From positions 1 to 64,000 of the forward strand of contig CDRNVI010000079.1 of the NCBI GenBank assembly GCA_977017575.1: DNA of 64,000 nt, in the 5' to 3' direction. Origin of the DNA: Paramoeba atlantica. Its lineage: Eukaryota; Protista; Discosea. The notes under the pieces were generated by a model. It searched no databases. It saw nothing but the letters and a program-made list of their open reading frames with translations, and was not told the origin of the DNA. The translations under genes and the position numbers were made by a program. Shown here in pieces: positions 60,001-64,000 of this stretch (position 1 is the first letter of the stretch; each line of letters opens with the position of its first letter).

Positions 60001-60172
60001 GAGGGTTTTTTTCGAAAAATATTTTTTTCAAAAAAAATCTTGCGGTATGCCCCCCCCCTAAGCCCCCGCTAGACCCCCCCCCTAGGCCCCCCCTAGACCC
60101 CCCATTTTTTCAAAAAAGAAAATTTCAGTTTTGGACCACCGGAGTCCCCTTTTATATTTTTTTTTTCTCTTA

Positions 60173-61744
60173 TAGGGGGGTGCACGAAAATATGGGGGGG
60201 GGGGGTCAAAATTCGTATAACTCGGCCAATTTTGGAAAATAATGCCGTATTCGAGAGCTCTCACAGAGTTACGTGTCATGTGATATTACGTTTTACGTAG
60301 TTTCCAGGTATATGCATTCTCCTGAATACCGTAGAAAGGGCAACTGCAAGTTCTTTTTCTGGAAAAAAAAAAGTTAGTATCCACAATTTCCACATTTTTT
60401 TTCCAACACAATTTTCATGCGTTTTCACGCATTTTCACACATTTTCACGCGCGTTGGAACACTCTTTAAAGTTCTCAAAAATACATCGTATCGCTCCCGT
60501 TTTAATTTTTCGACCCCAGAAGCGATCGCTCGTCTCAAATCTTCACGATTCGTTGGACAAAGCGCTTTTTTATGCTCGTCCATTAATCCCCAAATGTTTT
60601 CTATTGTGTTTAAATCTGGGGATTTGGGTGGCCAACACAACATCTTCACTCCTTCGTCATTAAAGGCACGACGAGGGCTATTGTGAATTGTACAATTATC
60701 CATAGCAACGACTGCCCCCCGATGTCTTCGTAAAAAAAATAAGAAACCGTCACGTTGTAGCATAGTTTTTTTGAAAAGGTCCCCATGCACTGAAATTTTA
60801 TTACCCTGTTGATCTTTATTAGGGAATTCATGAAAAAAGAAACCGTGCTTAATGCTGACCCCCATCCACACCATAATACCATCACCCCCCAACCACTTTT
60901 CCCGCTCACCGGCGTGCTCCTTTGGGGGGTCTGAACGACGGCAAAGGTAGGTAATTTTGCGGCTGCCCCCGCAAGTAATTTTTTTCTCGTCTGTCCAGAC
61001 GATAGCCTCAAGCCGAGCAGGGCTCCGTGTTGCCAACTCCTGGCATAGCTCTACTCGTTTCCTTTTGTGCTCCTTTGTGAGTGCAGGGTTTCGACGGACT
61101 TCGGGATATGATACCCTCCTTCTTGAGGGAACGTATCAGAGCGCGACGGGAGCATCTGAAACCCTCTCCTACAAGAAGATTCAGAAGGTGGTCCCAAGAA
61201 GCAATACCATAGGTTTCATCCCTTGTTGATCGATAAGATCGAGTGCTCGCTTCAACAGAGGGTCAGATATTACAGGAGATTGGCGAGTTTTATAGTGAGA
61301 CCTATCGACCTCACCAGTCTCTTCGTAACGCTGCACCCAACGCTTGACAGTGTCCTCGTGGCACCTAAACGTCTTGGCGACAGCTGAAAAAGAACCAGTT
61401 TCCTCAATTTTTTTCACCAAAAGTATCCTGTGAGATGCTTTAAGTTGCCCACGAGGCGAATAACAGAATCCACTCGGTTTCTGCACCTTTTTATTATTCG
61501 AATATGACCTTTTCTGGGGCATAGTAGTGTATTAGGATCAAAAAAGTGGATAAATTCACAAAAAAAGCAGTTTTTTCAAAAATTTCAATTTTTTTTAAAT
61601 TTTTAAAAAATCTAAAAATGCTGGAAACGCATTATCACATGACACGTAACTCTGCGAGAGCTCTCGAATGCGGTGCTACTTTCCAAAATTGGCCGAGTTA
61701 TACGAATTTTGACCACCCCCCGCATATTTTCGTGCACCCCCTTG
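60173..61744 (-). mobile_element. Complete Tc1/mariner element with frameshifted transposase, TA TSD
   Basis: TIRs gggggtgcacgaaaatat...ggtcaaaattcgtataactcggccaattttggaaa at both ends; HTH ORF 61181..61522; VWTDEKK, MDNCTIH, WPPKSPDLNTIE in 60425..61036. Confidence 0.88.
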
Positions 61745-61909
61745 TATTGTCGATCACAACGGAATAATGATGATTAATGCGACACAATAAGTGCGTGTGC
61801 TGTACTCTCTCCTGCAATGCTACTTGACTTGTAGTGCCTTATACACAGTATAAGTAGTTATACACTATATAACTACTCAGTAGTTATACAACCACCGCAA
61901 TCTAGAGTA

Positions 61910-62863
61910 ATGAATGAAGTGGGAAGTATAATGATTGTTCCTCAGTCTCTTCCTCAATTGATTTTTTCCTCAAATGATTGTTCCTCAATCTCTTACTTTT
62001 GGAAACTATTTTCTAGTGATTCTGAACCAAACCTCCTTTGCACTATGTACTGCATATACAGTGTTGATGACGGTTCCGATTTACGTCGCGGCAAAGTGGC
62101 CTCTCTGCTTCTACCCCAAGAGGATATGCTCGAACGTTTAATTTCAAACGTAACTGGAAAGCACAAGACTTGGCGTACGTGGAAGAAGAATATGTTTGGA
62201 CGCGTCAAACGTTTATCTGTATGCCAATGGCGAGGCGTGACATGCGATAAGGATCAAATGGTGAGCCGAATAGAATGGTTTTCAATGAAACTTTTAGGCA
62301 CGTTACAGTGGGAGTTCCTACCTTATACGTTGCAACATTGTGACATTTGCACTAACAGACTATCCGGATCTCTTGCACTTGACACGTTGCCATCACAACT
62401 TACATATTTAACATTATTGGGAAACGCTTTTACCGGTGAGTTAAACTTGACCCAATTGCCCAACACACTGTATGCACTCGGGGTGAGTGACAACCAATTT
62501 GAAGGAAATGTTGATCTCACGAATCTATGTTCTGGATTACAATATTTGTATGTTCATGAAAATCAACTTTCGGGTGATGTCGATCTTTCTCACTTACCGG
62601 CAATGTTGCGACACCTATACTTGTCCAGGAACAGATTTACAGGATCGCTTTCCTTGCAGCACTTACCTTCATCACTAACTCATTTTATTTCGGATCACAA
62701 CTTTTTCTCCGGTTTAGTTATGTTTGACTGTCTTCCTGGAAAATTGCAATTTTTGTCCGTGCACGGAAACAGAGATCTCTACGGTGAGATTGACACGTCG
62801 GTTCTTCCTAGGACTTTAGAACCCACTTTTCTGGTCACGGAAACGAACATTCGTTATAAATAA
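61910..62863 (+). CDS. Short LRR-family protein, close paralogue of 23992..24801
   Basis: Near-colinear high similarity (WFSMKL.GTLQWEFLPYTLQ); likely start ~62046. Confidence 0.88.
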   Translation: MNEVGSIMIVPQSLPQLIFSSNDCSSISYFWKLFSSDSEPNLLCTMYCIYSVDDGSDLRRGKVASLLLPQEDMLERLISNVTGKHKTWRTWKKNMFGRVKRLSVCQWRGVTCDKDQMVSRIEWFSMKLLGTLQWEFLPYTLQHCDICTNRLSGSLALDTLPSQLTYLTLLGNAFTGELNLTQLPNTLYALGVSDNQFEGNVDLTNLCSGLQYLYVHENQLSGDVDLSHLPAMLRHLYLSRNRFTGSLSLQHLPSSLTHFISDHNFFSGLVMFDCLPGKLQFLSVHGNRDLYGEIDTSVLPRTLEPTFLVTETNIRYK

Positions 62864-64000
62864 ATATGTAATTATTTACGTACTGCCCCCCCCCACATAA
62901 ACGCAACCCGGTTTTGGCCCAAAATTGCGCATAAGTAGCCAGGTCAAAAAAAAGGGTGAAAAACAAATTTCGCGCCGCTTCGCGGCGCGTGTTTTATTCA
63001 TGAGTTATATACGCGGGGTGCCCTTGGGGTCTGCTTTTTATATTGTGCCCCCCCCCCTAGTTATCTGTCACAACTTTCCGTGCAAAGGTGACAGATAACG
63101 CAAGTACAGCTTGAAACTTCCATGGTTCTTCGCTCTAAAAATTACCTCGCTTCGATGGACATTTTTATAAAATTTTACGGAAAAAATGAATTAGGATATT
63201 AAGCTAATTAGGAAAATCATCCAATTAGGATTTTGATTCGCCCCCCGGTTTAGGATGAAACACGAATTGCGTTAAATGAAATTAGACGCAGTCCTCCCTG
63301 GGTCCAAAAAACATGATTTTTTGATATCATTTTCCTGGAACGCACCTCTTTTTTTGGTGAAGTGAAGGAAACTTCTCCTTTTTCAAACGAATATTAGTTT
63401 TTCCAAAACAATATTTTAAAAAGATACAAACAAGGTACTTATTGTGGTTGAGCAACATTCAGTGTGTCGTACTCTAAATATCTACTACGGTTGTTCAATA
63501 CAACGTTAGCCGGACCTATTTTGGTCGATATCATGCTCTATAGGTCACCTGTTCCTTACAAGGTTTTCGTGGTTTGAAAAATGTCTCCCTTTTCCTTAAA
63601 CTCAAAAAAAAGATGATACAACGAAACAGAGGTGTAGTACGCTTTACTTTTTGTTTCTGCCTTTTCGGTGTTTTATGTCTTTGACTTCCGGACTCTGAAC
63701 CCAAACCCTTCGCACACACAAAAACGAAATGTCTTGCTTCCTTTCTGTGGCATTTCTTTCTCTCTTCCTATCCCTCTTCTCCCCACCTACGAAAACGGTG
63801 ACCGGTCTCCAGCACGCGTCCCTTCAACTCCAATCGGATTCCACCCCCTTTTCCGTTTCTTCCGATTTCGCCTCTTTGTTTTTGCGCTCGGACGATCCCC
63901 CCCTATCCAACCCTTGTCGGGAAAAGACGAACCCTCACCATCCACAGCTCTCCCCCGTGGGCCGCTTCCCCCTTGTATTTCCTCTTTACCCGCTCTGTTC

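Noticed and set aside
1-64000. Fanzor/TnpB, rRNA or tRNA genes
   Set aside because: No RuvC motif set or recognisable structural RNA seen by eye; tRNAscan-SE and Infernal were not run.

Overview
Eukaryotic, intron-free, transposon-saturated window. The host is most likely a kinetoplastid: 43647-44585 encodes a KREPB4-like editosome subunit, and all recognisable host genes lie on the + strand, as in a polycistronic cluster. Host genes are few: seven members plus one fragment of an expanded short LRR family, the KREPB-like gene and a 1402-aa Ser-rich orphan. The rest is DNA transposons (hAT, PIF/Harbinger-like, pogo DD35D, Tc1, Merlin, MITE/foldback elements, an IS30-like HTH), RLE-type non-LTR retrotransposons, DIRS/VIPER-like debris and a ~101-bp satellite. 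The main structural signals are: (1) a hAT inverted duplication whose junctions carry an exact 8-bp target duplication and three same-facing TIRs, the footprint of alternative-end transposition into itself; (2) an RLE retrotransposon sitting at a hairpin inside the satellite, later duplicated at a 2695-bp offset; (3) a two-hairpin 3' UTR conserved between two diverged RLE families; (4) a foldback element whose long TIRs end in ~95-bp hairpins that also occur elsewhere. All family assignments come from motif recognition by eye; no searches were run.
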